From the NCBI GenBank assembly GCA_964016885.1, contig OZ024743.1:155310001-155374000 (forward strand): DNA of 64,000 nt. Direction: 5' to 3'. Shown in pieces: positions 51,289 to 64,000 of the stretch; positions within the stretch are counted from its first letter, which is position 1, and the number at the start of each line of letters is the position of its first letter. Under the pieces are notes generated by a model, which worked only from the letters and a program-made list of their open reading frames with translations, ran no database searches and was not told the DNA's origin. Both the position numbers and the translations under genes were made by a program. Origin of the DNA: Eledone cirrhosa. Its lineage: Eukaryota.

Positions 51289-53917
51289 ATGTATGTGTGT
51301 ATGTGTGTGTGTGTGTGTGTGCGCGTGTGTGTGTGCGTGTGTCTGTGTGTGGTTATTTATTTATTTATTTACTTATATGTTTATTTACTTGGCACTAGTC
51401 GGATGCTTGTTCTATCTGCGTGCATCTGGTTTGTTTTATTAATTTGTTTTTTGTTTGTGTCTGTATGTCTTCATTTTGTCCTTAATTCCTAGTTGTGAAG
51501 TTACTATTCCACTTATGTTTTCTGTTTAATTTTGGTTGGAGTTCCTTTATGTTTGTCGCTTGTGTAAATTGTCGGAACAGTCCGTCTTTCCTGTGTCTAG
51601 ATATAATTATTATCTCTCTGTTATCTATTGCGCCCCCATGTTCCATTTTGGCATGTTGGTGGAGTAATTAATCACATTTATGAAAATATATTGAATATTC
51701 GGATTCATCCACTGAGAGGCTATTATCCTCAATGAGTGACTATAAATATTATCCTTGGCTCACGTGGCAGGAGTCGCATACAACATTTAGACAACGATAT
51801 CAACATTTTATATTTGGTTCAGGAGAGCAAATATGTTATCCAGAATGTATGTATCTATGGCAATGCTGCACTGGCGCTGAGGAGTAATAGTGCACTAATT
51901 TCAAAAGTATTAAATTCATATGACATTTTCAAATCGACATCAGCCAGAAGTTTATTTTTGGATAGAAATAGATTATTAACAAAACGAATCAAAAGTTTTG
52001 ACGGTTTCTACTAATTGCTTTAGTAGTGTAAGATTTTGTTTTTCATCGTTACTGGTAACTTAATGCAAGTAACCGTTACTAGAGTTGAACGTTTGCAAGA
52101 GCCGAAGTTAAACATTTTGTAAATGAAATTGATTCGAAAAATTACGAATAGCAGATGATAGGGAATTATAAATGGAAATTTAACGTTAGCATTAATTATT
52201 GATTCTGAGGAATAATAGATTAGTAAAAACCACCAAACTTGAGTAGAAATGAAATCTTACAACCAGTGGCTATATACAATCCTACGATAAAGCTGGAACC
52301 GCAACATGATGAACTAATACATCTATAAGTAACTTATAATATAGATAATGATGAATCATATATGTCCGTTGAGAATGTTCAAACATTTTCGCTTTCGGCA
52401 CCGCAAGTTTGTTACTCTTAACCCGAGAAAAACTGTGTGGCCCCACCTTCTTTCATTAAATTATGTCGATATCTTATAATTTAGTTGACAAAAGTATCTT
52501 AAGAAATAACAAAGTTGTACTACTTAAACGTAATGATTTATAACTATTAAAGCTTTTAAAGATTATTTGAAATATTTGAGTCGGAATGTTCTTGGCTAGT
52601 GTTATGATTGTTTGTTTTACTCTAAGGAATAATTCATTCCGACTTAATCTAGATAACACCAAAATCGCGGTAACACTATATAGAATAGACTAGGTTATAC
52701 AATTGAAATAATATTCTTTGATAAATAGCAGAGCCTGAGTGCAGAAACTCCGTATATGTTTCTTTCACGTCTGACCACGTCTGCTAAGCAGATAACACGG
52801 ACAGTTAATATTAATGTAATACATATCCATCCAATCGATGAGTGTGTGCACTTTCAGTGTGGGAGTGTGTGGGATGTGAGACTGTATGTACATTATGCGT
52901 GCATATGTTGTCATATATCAACAAGTAAAACATACTTAAAATAAGATACATCTATTCTGACATATCTTAATCACAATATACATGAATATTTATGGATACA
53001 TTATTGTGTGATACATGTATATTATACCTTGCTTTTAAAAAAATGACATTATTCTCCCTCATAACAACAGAGAAGGAATTGCCTGGATCAGATTGGAAAA
53101 CAATTTAATATCGCATAAGCGTGGAAGGGGACTATCATTCTAGAAATCTATGCTTACAAAGCTGTTGATTTACAGGTAGAGTACAGTAGTGTTGGTGTCC
53201 AAATGAATAAATTGTTGTCGCTTCCAACCCGTGAGCAACCAACATAGAGATGACCGTGGGAGAAACATGTAGTAGAGATATTATGTCCTACTACCTTGAG
53301 GGGTTGAAACTGAGATTTGTTAATTGAAATAACAAAACTTAGTTTGACTGGGAACTGAAGACTTTTAGTTTCAAATGGAACAGCTGTAGGTATGTGAGGA
53401 TTTTTTTAGAATATAGACTATTTTGAAAGTATTGTAAACAAATAGGTATTAGCATCCAAAAGAAATATATTTTAATCTATTTTTGTATGCAGTGTGAATC
53501 AATCAAATATAAGCAAATTAACAAAATATGAGGAAATGTATTAACTGCTAATTTAACGGCATGAGAATATAAATATAAATGAACGGAAACACATACACTC
53601 AAACAAACATACACTTATAAAAACACACACATACATACATTCATACAGCGTTCCGTTATGACAGTCGTCACACAAATGTACGTATATTCACAAATGTATG
53701 TATACACACTACAAATATATATATACATACATATATTCTCACATACACTCATACACATATGTATATGTAAGTGTAAATGTGTGTGTGTGTGTGTTTATTT
53801 CTCTGAACACGCAAACACACATACGCACTCATATATACAAAACGTGACGTCATTATCATCGTAGAACACACAGACATACATTCATACAGTCATTAGTTAT
53901 GTCAATCGATACAGAAA

Positions 53918-54243
53918 TGTATGTATACTCAACCACACATAGACTCTCACATATACTCACACATATATACTTGTCAGTCATTACATCTGTATATGTGTGT
54001 GAAGATGTGTGTGTGTGTGCATTTAGTTCTATGAATGCGCAAACACACACACTCACAGAAACATACACACTCATATACAAAATGTGGCGTCGTCGTTAAC
54101 GTCCCCGTGTTATAAACCGTCTGTTTACATAGAACTAAATGCACACACACACACATCTACACACACATATACAGATGTAATGACTGACAAGTATATATGT
54201 GTGAGTATATGTGAGAGTCTATGTGTGGTTGAGTATACATACA
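53918..54243. repeat. Near-perfect 116-bp inverted repeat (53918-54033 / 54128-54243) overlapping a tandem duplication of about 250 bp
   Basis: tgtatgtatactcaaccacacatagactctc...catttagttctatg mirrored by catagaactaaatg...gagagtctatgtgtggttgagtatacataca. Confidence 0.92.
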
Positions 54244-54486
54244 GTTGACGATAGCAAAATATTTTGTGCAACATCTTATATTGTTTTAATCCAAATGAAA
54301 GCAAACATTACATGTTAATCTCCACGTTTAATCCTATTACCTTGTAAAATTTCATTATATTTGGTCCAGCCGTTGCAAATTGCATGAGGAAAAGACAGAC
54401 AGACAGATATACAAACCATTTTATATAGACAGATATATGAGTGTGCGCGAGTGTGTGCGCGAGTGTGTGCGCGAGTGTGTGCGTCT

Positions 54487-54561
<75 letters not shown>

Positions 54562-57500
54562 TGCCTGTCAGTGTTTGTGCGTTTGCATATGTGGAAGCAC
54601 TCTTGGTTTAGTGATTTCATAAATTATCTACCGTTTGTAATTAGAACTGTCGTTTTTCACTCCAGGTAAATTAGCAGTAAATGTACCAAATATTTATTTT
54701 CTTACCTTTCTCCGTTCCCGTTATTTGTTTATATATTTATTTATGCATTGATCTTTATATCTGAATCTCTACCATCAACATTTGTTTATCCCTTTTTAGT
54801 ATACTATAATTTGTAATTTTTGCACCAGTAATGAATTTGTAAATGTTGTTGCGTACCCAATATACATGGAATTCAGCACGTACACTAGATGAATATTAAT
54901 ATAAGTCTGACTAATAATGCTTCACACAATAGCATACATGTTATATGGAAAATGCTTCGATTCTTAAACTATTTAGCAGTCCTGTTAATATCATGCTAGA
55001 TCTAAGATTTCAGAGATAAATGTTCTATAATTGTTGCGCCATATTTGTTATGTTATTCGATAGCATTGTATTTTCAGATGTTGGAGGCATTAAATCGAAG
55101 TAGCTGCTCTCAATTCTGTTCAGCCATTTTAAATAGCCTAAGCTGAACTCTGATATCAAACCCTACAGCTTTATCTATGACGTATATTTACAGGAAAGCT
55201 TCTACATAACATTGATGAAAGAGTGACAGAAAGCAAGTTATTGCATTTGATAGAAGCATATAATCCGTCTTACATGTTTCTATTGTATTGGATTAGGATT
55301 TCGAAAACAAACTATGAATATTTGTATGGATATAATTCTGCACGTGTAACTGTTTTATATATTTGTCAATTTGCACGCATACATCGCTGTGCATGTGTGA
55401 ATGTGTATATTCACCTCTCTTTTTAAACAACAAAAATGTCGTTAATAATATTACTATGGAATTGTTATTTCTTACAGCATTTACTTCCTATCATTTTTAG
55501 AAAGACTATGAAGTTTTAGGTTATATTAAACAACCTGATGTATCAACTGATATAGAACAAACGGATAATAATTCAGTAACTGTTATCTTATTATCTTCTA
55601 CACATTTTAGAGCACGAGATGAAGTTAGGCATATCACTACAAGTGATGACCTGAAGAATGTAAAATACGTAACACGATATTTCGGGAAAAAGCTTCATGG
55701 CTTATTTTCAAGACAAATTGTAAATGTTACATGTTTAATGGTTTTATACGCCACAAACAGGGAGGTAAATATTTCCTTTCTCATTGTATTTTTAGTTGAT
55801 AAATGATTTAATTTTTAAGCACTATATAGTAATGTATATTAGTACAAATATATTCTGCTGATTTTCAGGATATACCAAGCTATGAAACACTGTATATATT
55901 GAATGATCAACATAGCTAACGACATATACTCACATGAATTTCGACATATCGGGGATCGGAAGTAACATGAACGATTACAATAAACATATCTGATGTTTTA
56001 GATAGTTAGAAGTAGTTATAATTGTCAGATGCTTAGAAAAATGGGATAGAATTTATTTCTGGAACGGATTATCAGATGTTTTCTATTGCATAAGAAACGT
56101 CCTATTTAAGCGAGAAGCAACTACATGTTTTAGAGGGGTATATACTTGACCCCGCTAAATATGCGTGAATATTGTGTTGTTTGACTCTGATTTTCTTCAG
56201 TGTACGATGTATAAAATTGATTTACAATTGGCTAAGGCTTTATAATTCGACGGATCATTTAAAATATACAGTCAAGACTACGTACTTAATAATTCGGCAC
56301 TTGAATCTTGCAGACGATGTATTATATCTTTCGGATGTCATATTCGAACTACAAATATTCATTACCTTAACAAACACAGTTCAGTGAGTCTTGAGTAAGT
56401 GCGGTGTTTTTCTCTGATTTTCCTATTTCAATTATATTGAAATTACGGAATGTTTATCGTCTAGATGTGCAGTTTTGGGGGCTTTGGCTACATATTTCCT
56501 GTTTTAGAATTATAAACATCTGGGAAAACTCTAATTAAAGAATGTTTCGCTATATAAATATATATATTCTTTCAATGTTGCAAAATCACAATACGTATCC
56601 AATGGCCTGGTTAAATCATCACGTCTTGAAGTTAGATTTTAGCGACGTCATCCGGTGTAGATTGCAAGAAATATGTAATCAATAGCGGGAATACGGCAAA
56701 CATAAAAGAAAATTGACCCAATTCGCTGACAACCTGCCATTCAGTGCTATTGTTGAGACAAACCGCCTTGAAATGGAACACACTACGCTATGCTAAGCAT
56801 TGTGGGTACATAGGTGCAATCTAGGAAGTTGGTGGTGGATTGCTCTTGATTAAGATTATACTGCTAGGCAATATATCAGAACAATTAATCTGCACCTCAG
56901 ACAGGTCATGGATACTAAATATTGTGTGGCAGCAGATTCTAAGCAGAATCCGATCGGAAAACATCGATTATGTTTTCACCAAAATCACAGATTGATTAGA
57001 TGTTTACATCATCTGAGCCATATGAAATGCGTTGGGAACTTTCGGTCTGTGAACAGATTGATCCTTTCAAAATTCACCAACAACGTGTAAATAAATCTTC
57101 AGATCAGTGCACACAATATTACACCAATAAGAATGAACACAGTCACACGTTGCACAAAACATGCTGCTGAGTTCCACCTCAATACTCACTATAACCTATC
57201 GAGGAACAAGTGACCAACCCGAAGGCACTGTCAGAATGTTCAACATAGATTCTTGTTTTTTTTTTAAAAAGGTGCCACCAAAATAACTGTTCGATGGAAC
57301 ATCCAACAGTCATTAACCAGAAAAGCAAATCTGGTTTGCTTCCGACATGTAACCATTTTCAATTGTCAAAAAACAAATATTGCTGGAACAATCGTAACAA
57401 TACTTCTATTCGAACGTCTTCTCCGTATAACTAATCTTGTAATTCCTGTGTTACAGTACGGACTTGCCCCGGATACAGCAAATATAACATATATATCAAA

Positions 57501-58260
57501 GTGAGCAACATGCATATTCATAATTTATCTTACTGTCTGAACGAAAATTGTCACAACGTATGCGATAGCACCTCCGTAAAAGTATTTCGTAAACTCATCG
57601 TGCAACCGTATAATTTTGCCATACACCTCTTCCCTGGCAACGTGAAATTTTTATTGTAAGAAATGGATCAGCATTAATATCGTTTCTGGTTAAACCTGGC
57701 GTGAAGCCAGTGAATTTACTTGCAATGATATTCTTCCCTTTCTATCTCCAGTTTGTTGTAGCAAAGATCTAATTCACAATTGTAAACACGAACCAGATCG
57801 GATAAGCTGCATGCGAATGAAAATGAAGAAATTCACTTCTAACAAACATTTGATTATTGTGCCCAGAATATTCAGATAGTTACCTTCAACAAGATTTATA
57901 ACCTATCTTAACGTCCGGGACCGTACACATTACAGTAAGCAACAAAAACAACCTTATCGAATCGGAAAATTATTTTCTGTAACTTGATTCACTCTCATCC
58001 CAAAATATAATAAATGAGGATGAGATCAACAACAGTATATCTGCAGTCTAGCTGCGTATGTGAGATCTTCCAAACACACTTATTCAAAACTACCAACAAT
58101 ATATCGCTATAACAAGCGAGACCGAGCTGCCACATGTCCGCAATTGTTTCGGTAAACGCGGGTCTCCAAGGGCAGTTGAAGACAAAACAAGAACATTTGT
58201 ATTAAGTGGCAAAACGCCTGGAATCGAGAAAACCAATGGCGAACATATGCATATATATAT

Positions 58261-60670
58261 AAGCAGACAATGATCTGAATGCTGAAATAAATAACATCTG
58301 GAAAAAAGATACGGCCATTGAGGAATTGAATGCTGACGGGCTAGTACAAGATTTAGTTCATATCCTGAACTTATTGGTAGATGAAATGAACAATGATAGT
58401 GGAAAACCTATGAACATAAGATTTGTAGACAGGAAAACGTTAAAAGAAATCACAGCTAAGTTAGACAGTCATCCCATACCTTGAAGCGAGGAACCTTCAC
58501 CAATGCAACAATATCCTCAAAGCAACAGCAAATGCGGTGAGGAAATGACTTGGCATAAAAACGAGAGGAAACAACAAACAAGAAAGATCATAACATTGGT
58601 GGAAGAAACGACTGAATGGTCAAATCAAATAAATGAGAAAAGACATTGGAAAGCTTGAGTCCTTACTGAATGAGACAATACAAAATATAGACACTAAAGA
58701 TAGATTGGAAATAAAGTAAAAAACTAGGGGGCAGAAGCTAAATATTATCATAGAGGAACTAACCAACTGGAAATCACAAGGCCCAGATAGTGTGCACGGG
58801 TAGTGGAATAAACATATAACATCCCTCCGCCCGAATCTGACAACCATGTTCAATGAGTCCTTAATGTCGGGTGAGGTACCAGAGTGGTTGACAAAAGGTA
58901 CCACAGTTCTGGTAATGGAAGACCGAATAAGGGGTAATACCAACTATAGGCCTATCACATATCTGTCCGCAATGTGGAAACTGTTGACAAGCATTGTGTC
59001 TGATGAAATCTACCATCATCTCCACATAAACAACTTGTTACCGGACGAACAGAAAGGATGCCGAAAGAAGTCCCGTGGTACAAAAGAACAGTTACTTATT
59101 GATAATATGGTAATGAGGAGGAATTCAAGAGGAGACACACTGGTCTTCCATGGGATGGATAGATTACAAAAAGGCATAAGACATGGTACCTCATTCTTGG
59201 ATAACTAAAAGCCTAGAGATTTTCAAGGTGGCAGATAACATCAGACAGTTGTTGAGTAAAAGTATGAAGTCGTGGGAAACAGAGTTAACATCGGGTGGAG
59301 AATCATTGGGAGGCGTGAAGATCAAGAGAGGTATCTACCAGGGAGATAGTTTGTCCTCTCTTCTGTTTGTCCTTGCCAGGATACCCCTGACAGTTAAATT
59401 GCGAAAAGTGAGAGCAGGATACAGGTTGGGAATAGCAGAGCTTACCATCAACCACGCCATGGACGATCATAAACTCTTTGGGAAGAATGAGGAGTAGGAT
59501 GTACTTGTTGAAACTGTCCGTATTTTCAGCAATGATATATGTATGGAATTTCGTATTAGTAACTGTGGAGTCCTAGTGATGAAGAGAGGTAAATTGAGCA
59601 GATGCCACGGAATCCAGGTACCAACAGGTGAGATGATAAAGGAAATTGACACTGAAGTAGAATACAAATATTTAGGTGTTCTGGAGGCAGATGACATCAA
59701 GAACAAATAAATGAAGGAATTGATAAGATCTGAGTACATAAGGAGAGTAACATGCGTATTAAAATCACAGCTAAATAGTAGCAATGTAATAAGTGCAGTG
59801 AATTCCCGAGCTGTGTCTATTATTAGGTACAGTGCGGGAAATCTGAAATAGAACGTTGCTGAGCAAAAAGAAATGGATAGGAAGACTATGAAGCTATTGA
59901 CTATCTACAATATATTCTACAAGAGTGGGGATGTCGATAGACTCTGCTTAAAGAGATCTGAAGGTAGAAGAGCTCTTATCAGCATAGATGACTACGTTCA
60001 GATAGATAAAAACAACCTGCACAAATACGTGACTGACAGTAGGGAGCCAATGCTCAGAATTGTACTGAAGGAGAGGACAATATACCAGAGGAAGTCCAAG
60101 GAGGGAGAGCAACAGTAATGAAAAATCCCTTCATAGTACCTTATTTGAGAAAACTGAATTTAGAGATCCACAGACATGGAACTGGTTATAAAGAGGGGAC
60201 CTTAAAAAGGCTACAGAAGGAATGCTAATGGCTACGCAAGAGCAGGCCCCCAGAACGAGGTGGGTGACACACCATATTTACAAGGAGGAGTGTAGGCCAC
60301 AGTGTAGGATCTGTGGAAAGAAAGAGGAGATTGTGGCTAACATTGTATCCGAATGTAAAAACCTAGCCCAGACTCACTATAAAGGCTGGAGACATGATGT
60401 GATAGGCCAGGTTAACCACTGACCCCTATGCAAAGTAAACAATTCCCCACAATCGAAGTCGTATGAGCAAAAGCCAGAGTCAGTGATAGAAAACGATCAG
60501 GTGAAGGTGCTATGGGATTTTAGGATACAGACGGAGAAGAAATTAGAACACAATAGGCCTGACCTGGACAAGGAACAAAGATCGTCCTGATTGAGGATGT
60601 AGCCTGCCCATTTCACACGTGAGTTCAAGAAAAGGAGATGGAGAAAATTAACCGATACCCGGACTTAAAG
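58261..60670 (+). mobile_element. Dong/R4 family-1 copy, old, deleted and multiply disabled
   Basis: Colinear with 19771-22543 apart from a deletion at about 58757; RT and CCHC remnants. Confidence 0.93.
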
Positions 60671-63603
60671 TAATCCCAAGGAGAGGGGCTATAGGAGACG
60701 GATGCATAACATCTGGAACGAGATTGGTCTATTTAAATTAGATGAACAAAAATTGTCCGGGCAGGCTCGGGTAATAAGAACTAATGAGTGGATAAGCGAG
60801 CTGGAACTGGAGGAACTCAGCAGAGAGATGGAGGGTGGAGTATGCCAGGCAAACGAGCCAGTGGGAAATGAAGGTGAAGAGGTCGAGAGAACGGAGGAAC
60901 CACCCGAAGCAGACAATGATCTGAATACTGAGATAAATAATACCTGGAACAGAGATACGGCCACTGAGGAGATGAATGCTGACGGGCTAGGACAAGATTC
61001 GGTTGACATCCTAAATTTAGTGGTAGATGAATTGAACAATGTTAGTGGGAGACTTATGAACCTAAGATTTATAGACAGGAAAAAGTTAAAAGAAACAACA
61101 GCTAAGGTAAAAAAGTCATCCCATACCTTGAGGCGAGGAGCCTTCACCAGTGCAACAATATCCTCAAAGCAACAGCAAATACGGTGAGGAAACTACTTGG
61201 TATAAAAGCGAGAGGAAACAACAGACATGAAAGAGCAGAGCCTTGGTGGAAGAAACGACTGAATGGTCAAATCAGGGAAATGAGAAATGACATTGGAAAG
61301 CTCGAGTCCCTACTGAATTGGACACTAAAAACATAGACACTAAAAATAGACTGGAAATAAAGTACAAAACTAGGAGGAAATGGCTAAATATTATCATAGA
61401 GGAACTGAAGCAACGCATTGTAGCCAAGAGTGCAAAAATTACGCAATACGAGAGCAGAGTCAGTAAGTATAGACAAAACCGCATGTTTGACAACAACCAG
61501 AAGATATTGTTTGGACAGCTTGAAGGGAAAGAAAAAGGCAACGAATTGTTCCCTGAGGCGGAACAACTAAGAAATTCTGGAGAGGAATATGGGAGCAGGT
61601 TGTTAAACATAATGACCAGCCATTGTGGATTGAGACAGTGCAAAATGGGATTAGTGAACAGGCACACCAACAAACTGATTTGAGTATCACAGTTGAAACT
61701 CTGAAGGGGCAGGCCAAAAAATTAACCAACTCTAAATCACCAGGCCCAGATGGTGTGCAGGGGTATTGGATTAAAAATGTAACATCTCTCCACCCAAAAC
61801 TGACAACCATGTTCAATGACTGCTTGATGTCGGGTGAGGTACCAGCGTGCTTGACAAAAGGTACCACAGCTCTGGTAATGAAAGACCGAATCAAGGGTAA
61901 TGATGTTACCAACTATAGACCTATAACATGTCTGTCCGTAATGTGGAAATTGTTGACAAGCATTGTGTCTGAGGAAATCTACCATCACCTCCACACAAAC
62001 AACTTGCTACCGGTCGAACAGAAAGGATGCCGAAAGAAGTCCCGTGGTACAAAGGACCAGTTACTTATTGATAAGATGGTAATGAGGAACTGCAAGAGGA
62101 GACACACTGGTCTTGCCATGGGATGGATAGACTACAAAAAGGCATTTCACATGGTGCCTCATTCTTGGATCACCAAAAGCCTAGAGATCTTCAAGGTGGC
62201 AGATAACATCAGGCAGTTGTTGAGCAAAAATATGAAGTCATGGAAAACAGAGTTAACATCAGCACGAGAAATCTTGGGAGGCGAGAAGATCAAGAGAGGT
62301 ATCTTCCACGAAGATAGTCTGTCCCCTCTGTTGTATGTCCTTGCCATGTTGCCTCTGACCCTTATACTGCGAAAAGTGAGAGCAGGATACAAGTTGGGAA
62401 AGGGAGAGCTTACCATCAATCACATCCTCTTCATGGACGATCTTAAGCTCTTCGGGAAGAGTGAGAAGGAGTTGGATGTGCTTGTTGACACTGTCCGTAT
62501 TTTCAGCAAAGATGTATGTATGCAATTTGGTATTAGTAAGTGGGGAGTCCTTGTGATGAAAAGGGGTTAATTGAGCAGATAAAGGAAATTGACACCGAAG
62601 AAGGATACAAGTATCTGGGTATTCTGGAGGCTGATGGCATCAAGAACAAAAAAATGAAGGAATTGATAAGATCTGAATACATTCGGAGAGTAAGGAGCGT
62701 ATTAAAGTCACATCTGAACAGTAGGAATGCCATAAGTGCAGTAAATTCCCGAGCTGTGTCTATTATTAGGTACAGTGCGGGAATTCTAAGATGGAATGTT
62801 GCTGAAAAAATAGAAATGGATAGGAAGACTAGGAAGCTATTGACTATCTACATGTTCCACAAGAGGAGTGATGCCGATAGACTCTACTTAATGAGATCTG
62901 AAGGTGGAAGAGGTCTTATCAGCATAGAGGAATGTGTTCAGATGTAGAAAAATAACCTCCACAAATACGTGACCGATAGTAAGGAGCCAATGCCCAGAAT
63001 TGTACTGAAGGAGAGGACAATAGACCAGGTGATGTCCAAGGAGGAAATAACAACGAGGAGAAAGAGCAACCTTCATGAAAAATCCCTTCATTGTACCTTC
63101 TTTGAGAAAACGGAATTCAGAGATGCACAGACATGGAACTGGTTGAAAAGAGGAGACCTTAAAAAGGCTACAGAAGGAATGATAATGGCTGCGTAAGAGC
63201 AGGCCCTCAAAACGAAGTGGCTGAAACACCATATTTACAAGGAGGAGGCTAGCCCACAGTGCAGGATCTGTGGAGAGAGAGATGAGACTGTAGCTCACAT
63301 TGTATCAGAGTGTAAAAACCTAGCCCAGACTCACTATAAAGGCTGGATATATGATGTGATGGGCAGGATTGTCATAGGCGCACTAAGTACTATCTCAAAA
63401 AGTTTCCAGGGATGGTTAAAGAAAATTGGCCCCGCCCCGCTTTTTGAACACTTCAATAGGCATGCTTGCTGGGAACAGCAAGAACCCTTCGATACGTTCG
63501 GAATATATGAGGCTGCAGGTAGTGGCTTGATATTCATTTCAAACACATTCTAGTTAACTAACATCAATGACTGAGACTCAAAGAACAATAATAATAATAA
63601 TAA
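60671..63603 (+). mobile_element. Dong/R4 family-1 copy, 5'-truncated, RLE core deleted, (TAA)n tail
   Basis: ORFs 60702-61187, 61623-62570 and 62540-62947 match the 19343 element; jump at about 63368 removes the PD..D motif. Confidence 0.95.
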
Positions 63604-64000
63604 CTGCCATGTACTACCCATCAAATACATCGAATACAGAACAGACATATATCAACTGCAAAAAGAAACATCCCGAAAACAGAGGCTATATTGACAGTAA
63701 CAAACTAGCCAATATACGAAGAAATATTGTAAGAAAAAAGTTACTAACTGATATAGAAATTGATCAGATCAAGCTATTAGCACAAAGTCAGCGAAGGGAA
63801 AATGAAACATGTGTCAGTGAAAACGAGGTAAACTGTAACACTTCGAATCCCAGGGTTGGGGCGGAATCACTGGCACCAGAACAAATTAAAGAAAGGAGCG
63901 AAAAAGTGGAGGGAGTGCATGCTCAGGATGAAACTCCAAATGAAAATAATGAGATCGTAAATGATAAAGAAATGAATGAGAACGAACTTGCCAACTTGAA
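63604..64000 (+). mobile_element. Start of another R4/Dong-type copy (N-terminal domain, possibly family 2), running off the window
   Basis: Open frame ..YIDSNKLANIRRNIVRKKLLTDIEIDQIK resembles LDEQKLAGQARVIRTNGWISELELEEL of family 1; it begins right after (taa)n. Confidence 0.6.

Noticed and set aside
57270-57480. Minus-strand RLVIRRRRSNRSIVTIVPAIF resembling the pre-M1 region of Cys-loop or chemotactile receptors
   Set aside because: Immediate stop, no Cys-loop or M2 signature, no convincing splice sites

Overview
This is AT-rich, microsatellite-laden eukaryotic DNA, probably from an octopod cephalopod. That assignment is an inference from a tRNA-derived Nin-domain SINE resembling recalled Octopus SINEs. 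No intact host gene can be supported; the window is a nest of retroelements. It holds (i) two families of R4/Dong-clade RT+RLE retrotransposons, one copy near-intact (19343-22733, one nonsense codon and one 2-nt frameshift); (ii) six Tx1/L1-like APE-RT LINE copies or fragments; (iii) about 11 copies of one SINE; (iv) three Naiad-type Penelope-like element (PLE) relics plus several hammerhead ribozyme motifs; (v) Helitron, mariner, DD37D-like and RTE relics; and (vi) several fold-back inverted repeats. Four observations stand out. First, the SINE and the Tx1-like LINE share a 3'-terminal stem-loop with a conserved CUUGU loop and covarying stems, and all three readable SINE target duplications begin with ATTAT, suggesting a stringent Tx1 LINE/SINE pair targeting ATT repeats. 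Second, Dong, Tx1 and SINE copies pile into (TAA)n tracts with strict opposite polarity, while PLE tails abut (AT)n. Third, there are well-formed hammerheads with atypically enlarged stems. Fourth, a perfect splice-donor motif is conserved at the Tx1 ORF1/ORF2 junction. All alignments and folds were done by eye and need computational confirmation.
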